A stretch of DNA of 64,000 bases, from contig ML978147.1 of NCBI GenBank assembly GCA_010015805.1, positions 1 to 64,000 of the forward strand, read 5' to 3'. The translations under genes and the position numbers were made by a program. Under the pieces are notes generated by a model. That model did not search any database and was not told where the DNA came from. It worked only from the letters and a program-made list of their open reading frames with translations. Of the stretch, positions 23,980-36,912 are shown one piece after another (positions within the stretch are counted from its first letter, which is position 1; each line of letters begins with the position of its first letter). Source of the stretch: Rhizodiscina lignyota. Lineage: Eukaryota.

Positions 23980-26417
23980 TCATTGACCATTGCCGCTTCC
24001 GCCTTCACGCTCAGCTTGGAATTGCCACGGAAGAGGAGGCACGCTAGGAGCCTTGGTAGACATGCGAGAAAGCGAATCCACTGATCCTTGCCTGGTCCAG
24101 GAGCCTTCCGAGTGAACATCCTCCAAAGTACGGGTTGTATTGGACGGGAACTTCTGCAATCTGCTTGGATAGCCATTCTGCGGAGCTTGGAATCTCAAAT
24201 GTTCCGTGCCAGACAAGTCCAGCACGCCAAGTTGCTCGCCAGGACTCGTAACAGGTACGTTGCCAACTTTCCGCGTCCAGGTCCCGAGACCAAGCTCCTC
24301 ATGAACAAGGCTCTGAAGCTGTAATGTGTCGTTCATAGACCATTCGAGAAGTGCATAGTTGTCCCATTTAAATCTTCGTCCTGCCCATTGCAACAGCGGT
24401 TCGATAGCGTACGAGAGTACAATGAAGAGTAGGCCGAGTGCGAGAGTGAGTCCAAGGCCAAGGCTCGAGAAGGACGTGTAGTTTGTGCTCACGATTTTCT
24501 AAAACAACCAAGAGAGTCAGCAATCGGGACACGGTGTAATGGGTATGTGCATTCAGCTTGATCAATCATCGTCCAATCATTTGTGGGATCTGCTCTCATG
24601 GTCAATTTGTTCGAGGCATCTGCTCCAGTTCGGAGCCTGGAGAGCACTGTGAGAACGCGAAACTGACCTGAATATGACAGTACATACGATCCCATTGGTC
24701 CGCAGGCCCCGACACGTACTTCCGGATCCCGGGGAATCTCGGTCCATTCGCCCATTCAATGAATTGTCGCTGGATGCTCGCCATGTAAATAGCCACAAGA
24801 TTCTCCATATCGGATTGCCACTGATTGTTTGGAAGTGCTCCTTGAATTCCATTTTGGAGGCTATTCCGAGAGGTCAAGGCGGCGGCGCCGATAGAGTCAA
24901 CGATGGTAGATATTGGCAACACATTATTGACGTTCGACATGAATTCATAAAATGATTCCGCTTGTATCTCGCTCCGCCACATGGATTGATCCGTATTGTT
25001 AAAGTCTGCCGCCAACTGAATCAAGCTCATGAGTGGACTGCAGCTCGCGTTGAAAGGCAAGTTGGGATTGCAATACTGGACTTGATTCGCGCAGCCTAGG
25101 ACGTTGACAGGATTATCGGCATACCAAACTGTAAAGTTCTCATTCCCGTCGCTGGCAGTTGGATTCGGGAGGCTGGTAATATTGAAAGGTCCGCGATGAG
25201 CTGAATACCATGGATCGTCGGTTGGAGCGCTGAAGATGATACTGTTTGCAGACAAGAAGAGCAACATTGTGTCCGCATCGCCTCTCACGAGCTCATCGAT
25301 GGCAATGTATCCGGTCGTCCCGGGAAAGCTGTTATTGTAGTATGCAAAGTCCGCCCTGAATGTGTCAGCTCGACATGTTGAATCGTGATTGCAAGGCTCA
25401 CCCAATTGTATAATCAAGACCGTATTTGGTCGGATAAAGCCCATGTTCTGTCAAGTTCGCCGCATTGAATGGATATTGGTATGTCAAGTTGGTAGATTGT
25501 TCCGGTGCCGTCTTTCCATAAAAGTATTGCATCACCCTTGCGCTATCTCCAGATTCGAAGAATGCATTTTTCTGTGTGTTCGTGAGGTTTGTCAATTTGC
25601 TGTAAGCATCCAGTCGCAAAGGTGCACACTCCAAGACATTCCGCCAGATGATTCTTTCGCTGGATGGCGCATTAACTCCAAAGTCGAAATGGCTGTTTAG
25701 ATATCCAGTGTCGATGACAACATTCATCGACTCAGTTTGGCATACCTTCTGCTGGAAAGGGCAAGTAGCATTCCTCGTGACGTAAAGAGGGAAACTCGGC
25801 TTGACGAACGTTGGGCAGTTCTCGGTCGGGTTGGTAGCGTTTCGAGCAAAACATTGCTGGGCTCGCTGATCAGCCGCTTCATGCAACTCGGCCATGTATG
25901 GTCCATACACCGTGTCTAGAGCTTTGGCACTCAAGCTGTCTGCATCGACCCAGCCGCATTGTTTGCCGCTCAAGAGAACCTCGTTGCCCATGGAAGCTGA
26001 GATCTGAGCAGAAAGGATTCCGGAACCCACAAAAGCTATACCGAGAAGCAGAGCGGTAATCATAAAGGGAACGATGCGACGCCAGACATAGTCTTGTTGT
26101 CTGGGACTCCGCCATGCCCATGCTACAGTCCCCAGGTTCCATGACGTTGACAGGGCATCAGAAGCGTTGCGCAGTATCGCCTGACGTTGGTGATAGACAC
26201 CGTCTTGAGGAGTCTTCTTGGAAAGGTAGAGGTGTATTCCAAATGTGACAAGGCTCCAGATTCGGGTCCCGGCAAAGGTGACGAAGACGGCGAGAGCAGC
26301 AGTGAGCAAGGCCCCGTTGTTGCTGCTCAGCGTGATTGTTGACCCCCGGATGCTGCCATAAGACCAATTGATCCAGTGTCCAAGATGAACATCTGTTGTG
26401 TCAACCGTGGTCGACAT
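23980..26417 (-). CDS. Conserved fungal membrane protein of unknown function (3 exons)
   Basis: N-terminus VHLGHWINWSYGSIRGSTITLS..G.LL.A.LA.FV, DGVYHQRQAILRN, TM segments, a Cys/N-glycan-rich lumenal part, C-terminal TM and EW...TLQLQ. Introns at about 25356-25401 and 24501-24666 restore the frame. Confidence 0.8.
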
Positions 26418-28519
26418 CTGAAACAGCGAGATTCCCGTTCAGGACCGGCCAGACGGTAGCGATGAAATGAGTGCACGAATGAAATGGGAGCACTCAATGC
26501 TGGAAGAAAATAAACGAAAGAAATTTTGACTACCAGAGTCGCTGCATACAGAAAGGGAAAAAAGAGAACATCTCGTGTCCAAATAGTACAGCTCTCTTCA
26601 AAACACATGTCGTTGACTTGGCAATACCAGACTGACTCTTCAGCCGCTGTCGGTGAAGCTCGTCAGCCAGGAATAACTCATGTGCGTGCTTCGACGATCA
26701 TTATGGTCATGAAACAAGATGCAGGAGATTCTGAACAGCTTCAGGGCTTTGAGAGCGAATTGAGCGCAACGCGATAGCGCGGGCGCTTAAAACGGTCGCA
26801 TCATCCACTTACTGCTCGCGGAACAGTTCAATTGCACGAGGACTGAAGGGCTCGGATTAAAGGGCTGCATCTTTCAAAACTTCAAGCTCCAATAATGGGT
26901 TAGATCGCACGAGATTAGAGCGTTGCTGCCATTGTCGTCGTGCTTGGTGTTGTAGAGAGCAATCCAGACGCGCCCAGCGCGGCTATCGCTAGGCATTCAG
27001 GAACGACGATGAGAGCTTATCAAATAGACAAGTCTACAACATTATGAAGGAATAGTATTCCAAGCCAGAGATACTGTACAGTCGTGAAGGTTGTGGCTTA
27101 GCTTGAGTGGATAGGAGTGTCGTGTCTACAATATAGGTACAAGACGAAGACGAATGACCCCACGAAGTGAACTCTACAAAGCCGAAGAAATGGCGAATAT
27201 TGCAAGTTATCCGAAGAAACGCCGAGTTCGTTTACGTCGCGCGGTGTTGAGCGCGTCAACGCATGCAAAACAACTTTCATCTAACATCTTCTTTCGCCAG
27301 TTTATTTTTTCTGTCGTTACTTCTATCAGTGCTGTGCGAGTCCTTGGAGTCGCCTCTCATATGCAACAACCATGTTGTCTATTGGGAGAATTGTGAATTG
27401 ACGGACCTCGCAGGACAAGCTCATTTTTTTTATAGAGGGGAATTGTAGGCGCTGTTTGGCTTTGTGCTATAGGTATACATGTCTTGTGTATTATGTCCAT
27501 CGAAAGTATCATGGCCGTCCTCGATTCATGAACCAATTCCATGCTAACTCCGCGACCAGTTTTGCTTTCCCCTCAAATAATCTCGAACGACCCAGCCACG
27601 ACACCACCTTTCATCAACGCCTCATAGGGTATGCAGGCCTCCTGAGGGCTACTCTTAGGAGGCTCATCCTCGTGAAATGATATCCCAGCCTGATCGTCAA
27701 GCCCGTCAAGTTCCTTCTTGACCACTTCCAAAAACGCGATCAGTCATTAGAATCTCTGATCCTGGGGAGGACATGGCGGGATACCAGTCACAATGTTGTG
27801 AAAGCCTGTACCACTCTATGATGCCGCGATGACTGCTCGACGATGAGCTGCTTTCAATATCCAAGCCTTGCTCTACATGGCATGTTTCGGTATCAAATGA
27901 GAGGTTGAGTTTAGCGGAGAATGAAGACACAACACTGTCTTCTTCAGATTAGGGATGCTAAGGCGTTACATCGCAGGTTTATGCTTTCAGAACACGCGGG
28001 GGAAAGTAAGCTTCATCGAAGCCGGTCCGGTCCGGATTTTGCATCGACGGTACGCTGTGACAAGCCGTGCCCACATGCTGAAAGCCAGCTACTTGGACTT
28101 GTCATCAGCGCTTGAAGGAAAGCAGAAAGCTTGACATCGGATAATTGTGGCTGACCTTTGCATCTTGCGTGAAAGTGCAGTACAATTCTGATCGGCGTGT
28201 GGAATCAATGGGAATTTTTAGCTACAGTCAATGAACAACACTTCCACACCAATCAAAGCAAAGGTTGAGTCCGCGCGGCACCAAAGTTCGCTCCTGTGTA
28301 ACCCAGTCTCGCGTGTCGACTCTGGATCTGCAATCCGGGCATGCCAGAAATGCAGATCGATAGCCTGATGCAAACATGGGTCAGGTCCGCCGCTCCTCCA
28401 AACTGTTCGAAATACTTGTAGATTGTAGTCGAAAGAAATGTCAGGCAATCTCGACAGGTATGTTGAGGCGGGTGTGGCGGAGAAGTTGAGGAAGGAATTC
28501 GTGGAGACCTGCCGTCTTC

Positions 28520-29459
28520 GACAATCCAACTGTCAATCATCTTCATCGCCTTGGATAGTGCGAAGGGAGTTGATCCACACGAATGGAACGCTCAAATGCC
28601 CAACTACATCGATGATGTCTTCGAGGATGGGCGAATAGTAGTCCAACAAGATTCCAGTTCATTGGTATCAATCAATTTGAAATGAGGACGGAGAGGTGTT
28701 GACTCAGATGGAATGCAACGCGGATAGGAGGAACCCAGGGGAATGGAGACAGGTCTAGAGAGTGGAGTGCGTAAATAAAGACGTTGAGATCCATCAACGC
28801 ACAAGATCTCACCTCTTTCGCTCAAAGGCTTCCACGTGAGGCTTCCACGTGGAATGGATAACATCTCAAGAACCGCTTGCCTACGTTGTTGCTATGTCGG
28901 TCGAAGGTGAACGTTTGCCAGCATTCATGGGTAGACCGTACTGGCCTCGGGTCTGAAGGATGTAGCTGTATTTCTTGAGATCAAGCCCGAAAGGTGAGTT
29001 GAGAGCGAATTACAGCAAACGTGTGTCAGGTCTGACCAGACAGCCAGGAAAGTCATCGGCAGTCTCGCGGATTGACTGGAAGTTTCCAGGGTACAGGTAG
29101 AAATACGCCATGAGGTTCGGAATAGGGTTGCTTAGGGTGACATGTTGCCATTATGTCGTCGAGGGTGCTGTTGAGGGGTTCCGTGCAGGAAGACTGGCAT
29201 CTGTTAAGATGTTGTGTTCCGCGGCATACTGCCAAGGTGTCTTCTCCATGAAAACATATCTCCACAGGTCGATACAGACAGGGCATCCATGCAGAGCTGA
29301 CTTGCAGAGGTCCGGAATGCAGCGAACGCTCGTGGAATGGGGCTTTCGACGGCCTGGATGTTTGACTATGACATTGGTGGCGTCTGCATCTTGAGGCACA
29401 TCCACGATGGGCGCGTAGACGACCTTCTGATCCGGGGGTTGATATTCGCCTTTCGCCAT
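28520..29459 (-). pseudogene. HET-domain (heterokaryon incompatibility) gene relic
   Basis: SALHGCPVCIDLW near the N-terminus and LEDIIDVVGHLSVPFVWINSLRTIQGDEDD* (about 28533-28628), resembling the HET motif WIDSLCIIQD..DW. Several stops and frameshifts. Confidence 0.65.
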
Positions 29460-30071
29460 GGTGATAAGTCCTAAGAATGAAAGGGAATGAATCACTTTGC
29501 TGTAGATGCTCTGTTGGCGACCGCAGCAATTCAAGATGAGAGGATAAGGAGAGATTGTGGAACTGATGTAAGGGTTGCTTTGAGGATAAGATGATTGGTT
29601 CCGTAAAACCTTCCAGTAGAAAGGCAAGCGGAGAAATAATGTCGTTGATGGAAAATCTCTCTGCGACCGCTTGTGGTTTCGACTCAGGCGCCGGAAGATG
29701 TGGAAAGAGCGATGTGGCAGGCACGATAATCGGAGCCGAGTTGCTGGGCAACAGCGAGAGTCATCAAGGAAATGTAGAGCCAATTGATTCAAGAAAAGCA
29801 ATCACGAACCGAAGCCGCGCTCTGCCTTTCCATTTAAATGAGGATGCTCGGTTGCACACCATCCGCCACGCTCTTCGCCGCATACGCAGTCCGGACAAAC
29901 TCTGAGGCCTTTTTGCTAGCCAAATTCTTCATCCATTCGCATTGTGAGCATCATCACCTTTCTCTCGAAACTGGGTAAACCGGAACTCAAAATATGAACT
30001 GCAGTGAATGGCCGAGACTCGGACTTGTCGAATAACACAAGAACGACATCGGAGGAAGATGGGTGCCGGAT

Positions 30072-31064
30072 TTACACTTGAATACCTGCTACAGTCTTCT
30101 CCAGTCTCATCGGATTGAGAAATTCTTCTGAGGACTTGGTGAACAGCGTCTCCAGTCCCAATTCCATCGGACTCTTGAATTCAACAAATCCACAATGACT
30201 ACTGCTCGCCTCATATCCAATCAAAGCTTGCATATCCTTCGACATCTTCAGCACAACTTCTCTCGGGATGCTGACCAACATATTCTCTTCTTGCCGCAGA
30301 TAGCCTTTGGCGAAGAAATAGCTGAACATCACTCTTCTCGCTAGATCACTGTTTAGATCCTGTACCACGTTCGCTCCACCAGCATGCCGTGTCGATGACA
30401 GAAAGATGAGCGCATCGCCAGGTTCCATCTCCGCATACACTGCTTCGCCGACAGAAGGCAGTCGCGTATCATCCCACTTGTGGCTCCCTGGAATAACGAG
30501 CGTCGCGCCATTCTCTTTCACAGACTTCGTGCCGGCAATCAGGACACCAATCTGACGAATGTCTTCTCTTCGCCACTTCCTTTCATGCGTGGTTCCCCAA
30601 ACATCTTCATCCCGGTGTAATGGCTGCTGTCTCGCTCCGGGTCTCATGTCAAATGCCACACTCACCGATAGTCGAGGCGGGATATCGGCAGTTGTGGATT
30701 GCATGTCTTGAGTTCCGGAATTGTTGGGTCGGGTGATGTGCATGTGTAGGAGTTCAGAACGTAGCCTGGCAAGTAAGGGATGGAAGCAGACATCGTGTCC
30801 GCAGCATGGATCACGGCCGGCGAGGGACCAAAGGACCTTGGTCTCGCGCGGAAAGAATGTCCCCGGCGTTTCATATTCAAAATCGTGCTCAGGAGGATGA
30901 TATTTGTTGAGAACCCTCATCATGCGAGAGATGTGGCTTGCAGAGAGGAGATTTTGGACGATTAGACCACCATCGCGAAGTAATGCATCTTCGATCTCTT
31001 GGTACGGCGCGTCGCAGGGAAGGCGGGTCAGCTCTGGCGTTGGAACCGGGTTTAAGGATCCCAT
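30072..31064 (-). CDS. Phytanoyl-CoA dioxygenase (PhyH) family Fe(II)/2-oxoglutarate dioxygenase
   Basis: QPLHRDE (HxD), NGATLVIPGSHKW, GDALIF...RHAGGAN, YLRQEEN; single exon, 330 aa. Confidence 0.9.
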   Translation of the reverse strand: MGSLNPVPTPELTRLPCDAPYQEIEDALLRDGGLIVQNLLSASHISRMMRVLNKYHPPEHDFEYETPGTFFPRETKVLWSLAGRDPCCGHDVCFHPLLARLRSELLHMHITRPNNSGTQDMQSTTADIPPRLSVSVAFDMRPGARQQPLHRDEDVWGTTHERKWRREDIRQIGVLIAGTKSVKENGATLVIPGSHKWDDTRLPSVGEAVYAEMEPGDALIFLSSTRHAGGANVVQDLNSDLARRVMFSYFFAKGYLRQEENMLVSIPREVVLKMSKDMQALIGYEASSSHCGFVEFKSPMELGLETLFTKSSEEFLNPMRLEKTVAGIQV

Positions 31065-31948
31065 GATGATGGCTTTTTGGTTCAGTAGTATTTGATCTGA
31101 GAAGCAAATTTAATCAAACATTGATGGGTACAGAAAGAAAAGTAGACGACAGAGATAACGGGAGATGATGTCGAAGATAAGCTACGGTATGCGGGGTCAT
31201 CATATAAGAAACATCTTTGGGCCGAAGCTCAAGACAATCCAGTCCAGACACCAATTGAGATGCCAGAGATGAACGACATGTTCATTGCCATCTAGCTCCA
31301 TTCCCTGATGGGCTTCGGCGGATTGTAGGATGTAACTACTCTCGAAGAGCGACAATCTGATCTCGGACCAGACGGGATTGGGAGAATGCCGATTGTTTTA
31401 GCTGAGACCCTTTTTGAGCAGAGCACTCTGCGGTGTTTGACAGATCATATGTCCCGCAAAATGAATGAATATATTTTTGGACCACAAAACGGCTCTTAGT
31501 AGTTTCCAAAGTGGTATCGACATTGACTGTCAAAAGGTGAGATTTAAGGAGAGAGGAGACGGAGCTTGGCGCCAAGACCAGAAATACTACGATGTTAAGA
31601 TCCTGGACTAGCGCGTAATTATGTCTCTAACCATTACCGCCATGCCGACCGACAGCAAATGCCTTCTCTCGCATTCTACAAATCGACTCAGCTGCAAAGT
31701 AGAACCCGTCTCAGGCACGACAAGATATGATCTACACCACGACGTATTTTCCGTAGTACAAATGCCGTGAGGAGTCATGCAACCGGCAAAAAGAAATATG
31801 ACGAGCGGGGCCAATCATAAGGTTAAAGTCAACCTTGTTCCTGAGCTACATTCGGAGCTTTAGTGTATGCAAGATCTCCTCTTTCCTTAAATCATTTTTC
31901 TCTTGACAACGATCGGTATTCATTCCGGAGATTCAAATTCAAAGGAAA

Positions 31949-32974
31949 ATGTACAACTCCATTGTTGCCATATTCACAATCTCATTGCTACTTATTTCAG
32001 TGCAAGCTGCTTGTCCTTCAGGACCGCCATCCGTCGATACTACGTCAGGAGGGTTCGAATACACATATCCTTATCCAATCCACTACCATGAACTGCAGAC
32101 ACAGCACCAAACGCTCTGTCAAGCGTACATGGACGTCCCTCCACATGGACCCACCAACAGCAGCAAAACAATCATGATGCTACACGGCAAAAACTTCTGC
32201 GGAGTGACCTGGAACGCTACCATCGAAGTCATGCGCTCCCAAGGATACCGAGTCATTGTTCCAGATCAGATTGGCTTCTGCAAGTCTGACAAACCGACAG
32301 CGTATCAATTCAGTCTGCAGCAACTGGCATTGAATACCAAGTCAATTCTCGACAGCCTCGACATCAAGTCTCTTGTCGTGATGGGCCATTCCATGGGTGG
32401 AATGCTTTCAACGCGCTTCACACTCATGTATCCAAATACCGTTGAGCGTCTCATTCTCGTTGATCCGATCGGATTGGAGGACTGGAAAGCAAAGGGCGTG
32501 CCATACCTGTCAATCGACAACATCTATCTCCAGGAGCGAGCCTCGAACTATACTTCGATCAGGACGTACGAACAGAGCACATACTACGCCGGAACTTGGT
32601 CTCCAGCTTATGACGTTTGGGTAAACATGCTCGTGCACGTGTACAACGGCTCCATGGCAGATCAATACGCCTTCGACCAGGCTCTGATTACCGATGCAGT
32701 GATCACACAGCCAATTGCATACGAGTTTCCGTTACTAGCGAACAAGACGACGCTGCTTATTGTTGGCCAAAAGGATAACACGGCGATCGGAAAACAATGG
32801 TCTCCGCCAAACGTTCAAGCCATCTTGGGCGACTATCGTGTACTCGGATATCAGGTCGCCGGAGCCATTGGGGCTAATTGCACGTTGGTCGAGTATCCTG
32901 ATCTAGGTCATGCGCCGCAGATTTCGGCTCCAGATCGATTTCATAAGACAGTGTTGGACTGGCTGGGTGAGTGA
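31949..32974 (+). CDS. Secreted alpha/beta-fold hydrolase
   Basis: Signal peptide, LHGKNF, PDQIGFCKS, nucleophile elbow GHSMGG, C-terminal LGHAPQ; intronless. Confidence 0.9.
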   Translation: MYNSIVAIFTISLLLISVQAACPSGPPSVDTTSGGFEYTYPYPIHYHELQTQHQTLCQAYMDVPPHGPTNSSKTIMMLHGKNFCGVTWNATIEVMRSQGYRVIVPDQIGFCKSDKPTAYQFSLQQLALNTKSILDSLDIKSLVVMGHSMGGMLSTRFTLMYPNTVERLILVDPIGLEDWKAKGVPYLSIDNIYLQERASNYTSIRTYEQSTYYAGTWSPAYDVWVNMLVHVYNGSMADQYAFDQALITDAVITQPIAYEFPLLANKTTLLIVGQKDNTAIGKQWSPPNVQAILGDYRVLGYQVAGAIGANCTLVEYPDLGHAPQISAPDRFHKTVLDWLGE

Positions 32975-33682
32975 ACGAGATTCGAGAAAAGTCTTGTCGG
33001 AATTGCGCTGCCGGTCTTCATTCGCTCTCTCATTAGCTTTGTGTACGTAGAAGCAACAGTCGCATAGGTCTTGACTCTTTGTATGGTGACTTGAGAGCAA
33101 ATATTGAGACGTAAATAGAACACTGCAGAAGGTTCGAAGAGAGTGAGAATGTCGATGATGGCTTGGTGAAAAAGCTTGGCGCGGATCAGCAATTTCCGTG
33201 AAAGGCCACTGTCGATCGAAGAAGCATGCCTGAAAACTCTCAATACAGTACCATCTTTCGCCATGACTTGAATGAGTGCTCAAAGGTCAAACTTGTGGTG
33301 AAAGCCCTCCCTATTTCGCCTCTGGAAGTTGTCTTGGAAAGATCGCTGTTGGTAGCTCTTGCTTCGACGACTCCCTCCTCTTCACATCGTCGAGCTCCAA
33401 CATCCAGCAGAAGATGATTGAGCAACCTTCATCAGGTGTTCAGGTTCAATCGGAACCACTCATGAACCGTACAAGTAATTTTTCCGGCCAAGATTTCTTC
33501 GTCATCCGGCGCCCTCCTGGCGTTCGCAGATCTTCTGCAATCAACTCCGCTTTGTGCGGAGATGCATACGACGTTACATCCTGCCAACTTTGACATAATA
33601 ATTAGCATTTAGACGCTGTTATACATGAAGGTCGAGTATTTTCTATTATTCTCCTGTTTCTTCACCGCCTTCAGCGTTGTAA

Positions 33683-35086
33683 ATGTGGCTCATGATGCAG
33701 CTCGCATTGCTCTTCTGTGTTTCTGCGCTGCTTGATATTGTGTCTAGCTTGAATCTTCCTGGCGCCCTTTACGATGAGAATATACTCGCTCGTCAATGGC
33801 GCATAGCACTGACTGGACCTCCAACTCTGAATGACAATACTGGTTGGCCACAGTATACTCAAGGTAGCTACAACAACACACCTCCTTCCAACACTACCCC
33901 CGGCGTCTACGTCAACACTGGAGCATCAGGATGGACAGCGGGATTCTTCCCAAATATGCTCTGGGAGAGCTACAAACGGAGGAAATACCTCCAGTCTTCT
34001 GCAAAGTATCAAGGGGAGCCCTCTTTGGATAGCTGGCTTCAGCAAGCCCGAGCATGGACAGATCCGTTGATCACGAATGTCAATTTGACCAACACGCATG
34101 ATGTTGGATTTCTCTCTTTTCCCTTTGATGCGGCCCTGGAACTGGATCCGGACAGATCTCGTGCAAATACATGGCTTCCGGTGCTGCAGCAAATGTCGTA
34201 CAATCTTGCCGCCCGCTTTGTGCCTGCTCCTGGCGTTATCCGCAGCTGGGACACGAACAACAACAGCGCTGCCATGCGCGGGAGCCACGAAGACAGTGTA
34301 CTTGTCATCATAGATAACATGATGAATCTTGCTTTGCTCGCTCGTTCAGCATTTGAGTACACTCGCAACCACACTCTTCTTGAAATCGCCATCTCGCACG
34401 CAAACAGGACGAGAGATCATCACATACGGCCAGACGGCTCATCATTCCACGTTTGTGACTACAGCGCCGATACTGGACAGCTATACCTCTGCCGCACTGC
34501 GCAAGGCCTTGCGGACAATTCGACATGGGCTCGCGGACAAGCCTGGGCAATCTACGGCTTCGTGCAGATGTATTCTTACACAAAGGATCCTTCATATCTC
34601 GCGACTAGCTTGAAATGCGCGGACTGGTTCTTGGATCGCCTTCCTGCGGACGGTGTACCATTCTGGGACTTTGACGCGCCATATCTCCCTGATCAGACAC
34701 CCAGAGACACCAGCGCAGCCACGATCGCTGCAAGCGGGCTGATCCTTCTGCAGGAGCAACTGGCCGGGACGGGCTTCAAGTACGCAGGAAATCGAAACTA
34801 CCAATCAGCCGCAATCAGACTTCTCCGAGATGCCATTTCCCTCGCATTAGCGGGCGAAATCTCCTTTGCTGATGCCAATCCTTCAACTCTTGGTGCAGTG
34901 ACGGAAATAACAACACCAGCGAATACGAGCGTCTCGAAGGGCTTCGAGGGAATCCTCATGCATGCCACAGCAAACGACAACCCGCAAACCGTAGCGAACG
35001 GAGGAGGCCAGTGGGATATCGGACTGATATATGCGGACTATTATTTGCTGGAAGCCGGGGATAAGCTGCTAGATTCTGCTAAATGA
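33683..35086 (+). CDS. Secreted GH88 unsaturated glucuronyl hydrolase
   Basis: Signal peptide; WTAGFF, HDVGF and VIIDNMMN (the two catalytic Asp motifs), TAQG...STWARGQAW, PFWDF, RDTSA, YADYY. Confidence 0.9.
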   Translation: MWLMMQLALLFCVSALLDIVSSLNLPGALYDENILARQWRIALTGPPTLNDNTGWPQYTQGSYNNTPPSNTTPGVYVNTGASGWTAGFFPNMLWESYKRRKYLQSSAKYQGEPSLDSWLQQARAWTDPLITNVNLTNTHDVGFLSFPFDAALELDPDRSRANTWLPVLQQMSYNLAARFVPAPGVIRSWDTNNNSAAMRGSHEDSVLVIIDNMMNLALLARSAFEYTRNHTLLEIAISHANRTRDHHIRPDGSSFHVCDYSADTGQLYLCRTAQGLADNSTWARGQAWAIYGFVQMYSYTKDPSYLATSLKCADWFLDRLPADGVPFWDFDAPYLPDQTPRDTSAATIAASGLILLQEQLAGTGFKYAGNRNYQSAAIRLLRDAISLALAGEISFADANPSTLGAVTEITTPANTSVSKGFEGILMHATANDNPQTVANGGGQWDIGLIYADYYLLEAGDKLLDSAK

Positions 35087-35230
35087 AAGAACACATGGAC
35101 ATATAGTATAATTCAGGATTCTCACATGCTAGCGTCACAAGACTCTTGTCGAGAATGCTGCCGCCGTGTTGAAGGAGGGAGTGAATGTCACACGAAGGAG
35201 CCTTCAGAGCCGTATGATTGAACAACACAC

Positions 35231-36912
35231 TTATCGCCCACACACTCCAGTTCCTCCCGAGCGAGCTGATGGATACAGAACCTGTGGCATGCCATCGGCC
35301 AGTGCCACACGGAGATCACCAGCATTGCCCACAGTGACAGTCTCACAGCTGAGGACTTCCACTAATTCCGTCCCCTCGGCGTATCCATGCGCTGTCCCAA
35401 GATCGAGCTGAGCTTGACCAGTGCCGGAGCCGACATTGGAGATTGCGATTACAATCTGGGTTCCATTCGGACCTTTGCGGAACCCAATGCTGTGACCGTC
35501 ATAGTAAAAGTACTGCGCCTGCGACTGGCTGTAAGCTCCTGCAGATGCTGCACTGATCGCCGATCGCCGAATTTGATTGAGCCATTTGATGAGCTGCACA
35601 AGTGGTGTCTGCTCATTGTATCCAGAAAGCCAAGTAGCTTCGCGATCATCATCAATGCTACCATTGTAATGCTGCTCTTGGCCGGCGTAAACGATTGGAA
35701 TTCCGTCAGTCAAGATGGTAAAAGTAAGAACATTCTTCGCAAGCGCAAGATCTTCGTTGAAATATGCAAACCGAGGTTGATCATGATTTTCTGTGAAACT
35801 CCCCAACAAGGTTGGATCGCCGCACTCTGAATTGATGCTGTTGATCGTTGAGAGGAAGTTAGCAGTAACGTTGTGTGGATTTTGGAAGAATTGTGTTGCT
35901 GCGTTATATGTTGGGTAATTAAGCACAGCATCGAGAATTTTGCTGGAGCTGTTTGATTGGTAGGGACACACTATTTCCACTCGGTTATCGGCCACCTCGC
36001 CCACTGCGTAAACGTCTGCTGCATCCTGGAATCCGCTCTAGAACCGCATTTCGACATGCTTCACAGTATCGATTCGAAGACCATCGATTGAGTAATTGCC
36101 AATGATATCCTTGATCCACTGGTTGAAGACATCACGAACATCCTGTTGAGTGGTATTGACGTCCGGAAGCGGGTATTGGACATCTCCAAGCCAACAAATC
36201 CTCACATTGTTGTCATTAGCGGTGAAATCATTAATGGTAATCCAACAGACATCGTGGAAGTAGTCAGAGGAATTGAAAGGATGTATGCTCGAGAAATTGA
36301 CTTCGGATTTGTTGTCGGCTGGTCCTGACGCCCCAAAGTCATTGGCAACCACATCGACCATCAGATACTAGACACGTGAGACGCAGTCCGGAATACTATT
36401 GCGCAGGGGATCACACCATCTGTCTATCATGAAGAGCTTGAGAGAGCTGCCGAAGATCATCGGGAGTTCCAAAATTGCTGTTCGTCCCATAGAGATTTGT
36501 TTGCGTGTAGCTGCCGCATAATAAGTCAACATATGCAATTCACGCTGTGTTTATCCGACATACCCGTGATATGCTCTACTCGGGTCTAAAACTTGCTCCG
36601 TAATGGGAGAGATCCAGATGGCATCAAAGCCCATGTCCTAAGAAAATGAGATCGTGGAGCGTAGCAGTGGTCGGAAATCAGTACCTATATGTAGTCAAGA
36701 TGATTTATGATGCCAACATAACTGCCACCGCAGAAACCAGCAAAGCCCGGAGGACAGGATGCGGTGGTGCTGTTGTCCAATCTCCCAATTCGGTCAGTTA
36801 GTAGCTGGTAGATCGACCGATCACGCCAGGCAGAAGCATCGGCAGCATGAGCAGTGCCAACGAAGGCTACGAATGTTGTGGTAATCGTGATAATAGATGA
36901 TCGAAGATTCAT
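35231..36912 (-). pseudogene. GH13 fungal alpha-amylase (Taka-amylase type), two premature stops
   Basis: WRDRSIYQLLTDR, MGFDAIWISP, DGLRIDTVKHV, GEV, FTENHD. TAG at 36685-36687 (LDYI[Q], end of exon 1) and at 36038-36040 (F[W]); DVVAND replaces the conserved DVVANH. Confidence 0.88.

Noticed and set aside
1007..36687. Reassignment of TAG as a sense codon, given the many in-frame TAG stops
   Set aside because: TAG is the normal terminator of conserved genes here (STI1 at 58879, SDR at 63708). The interrupted positions correspond to different residues, and frameshifts and a TGA also occur.
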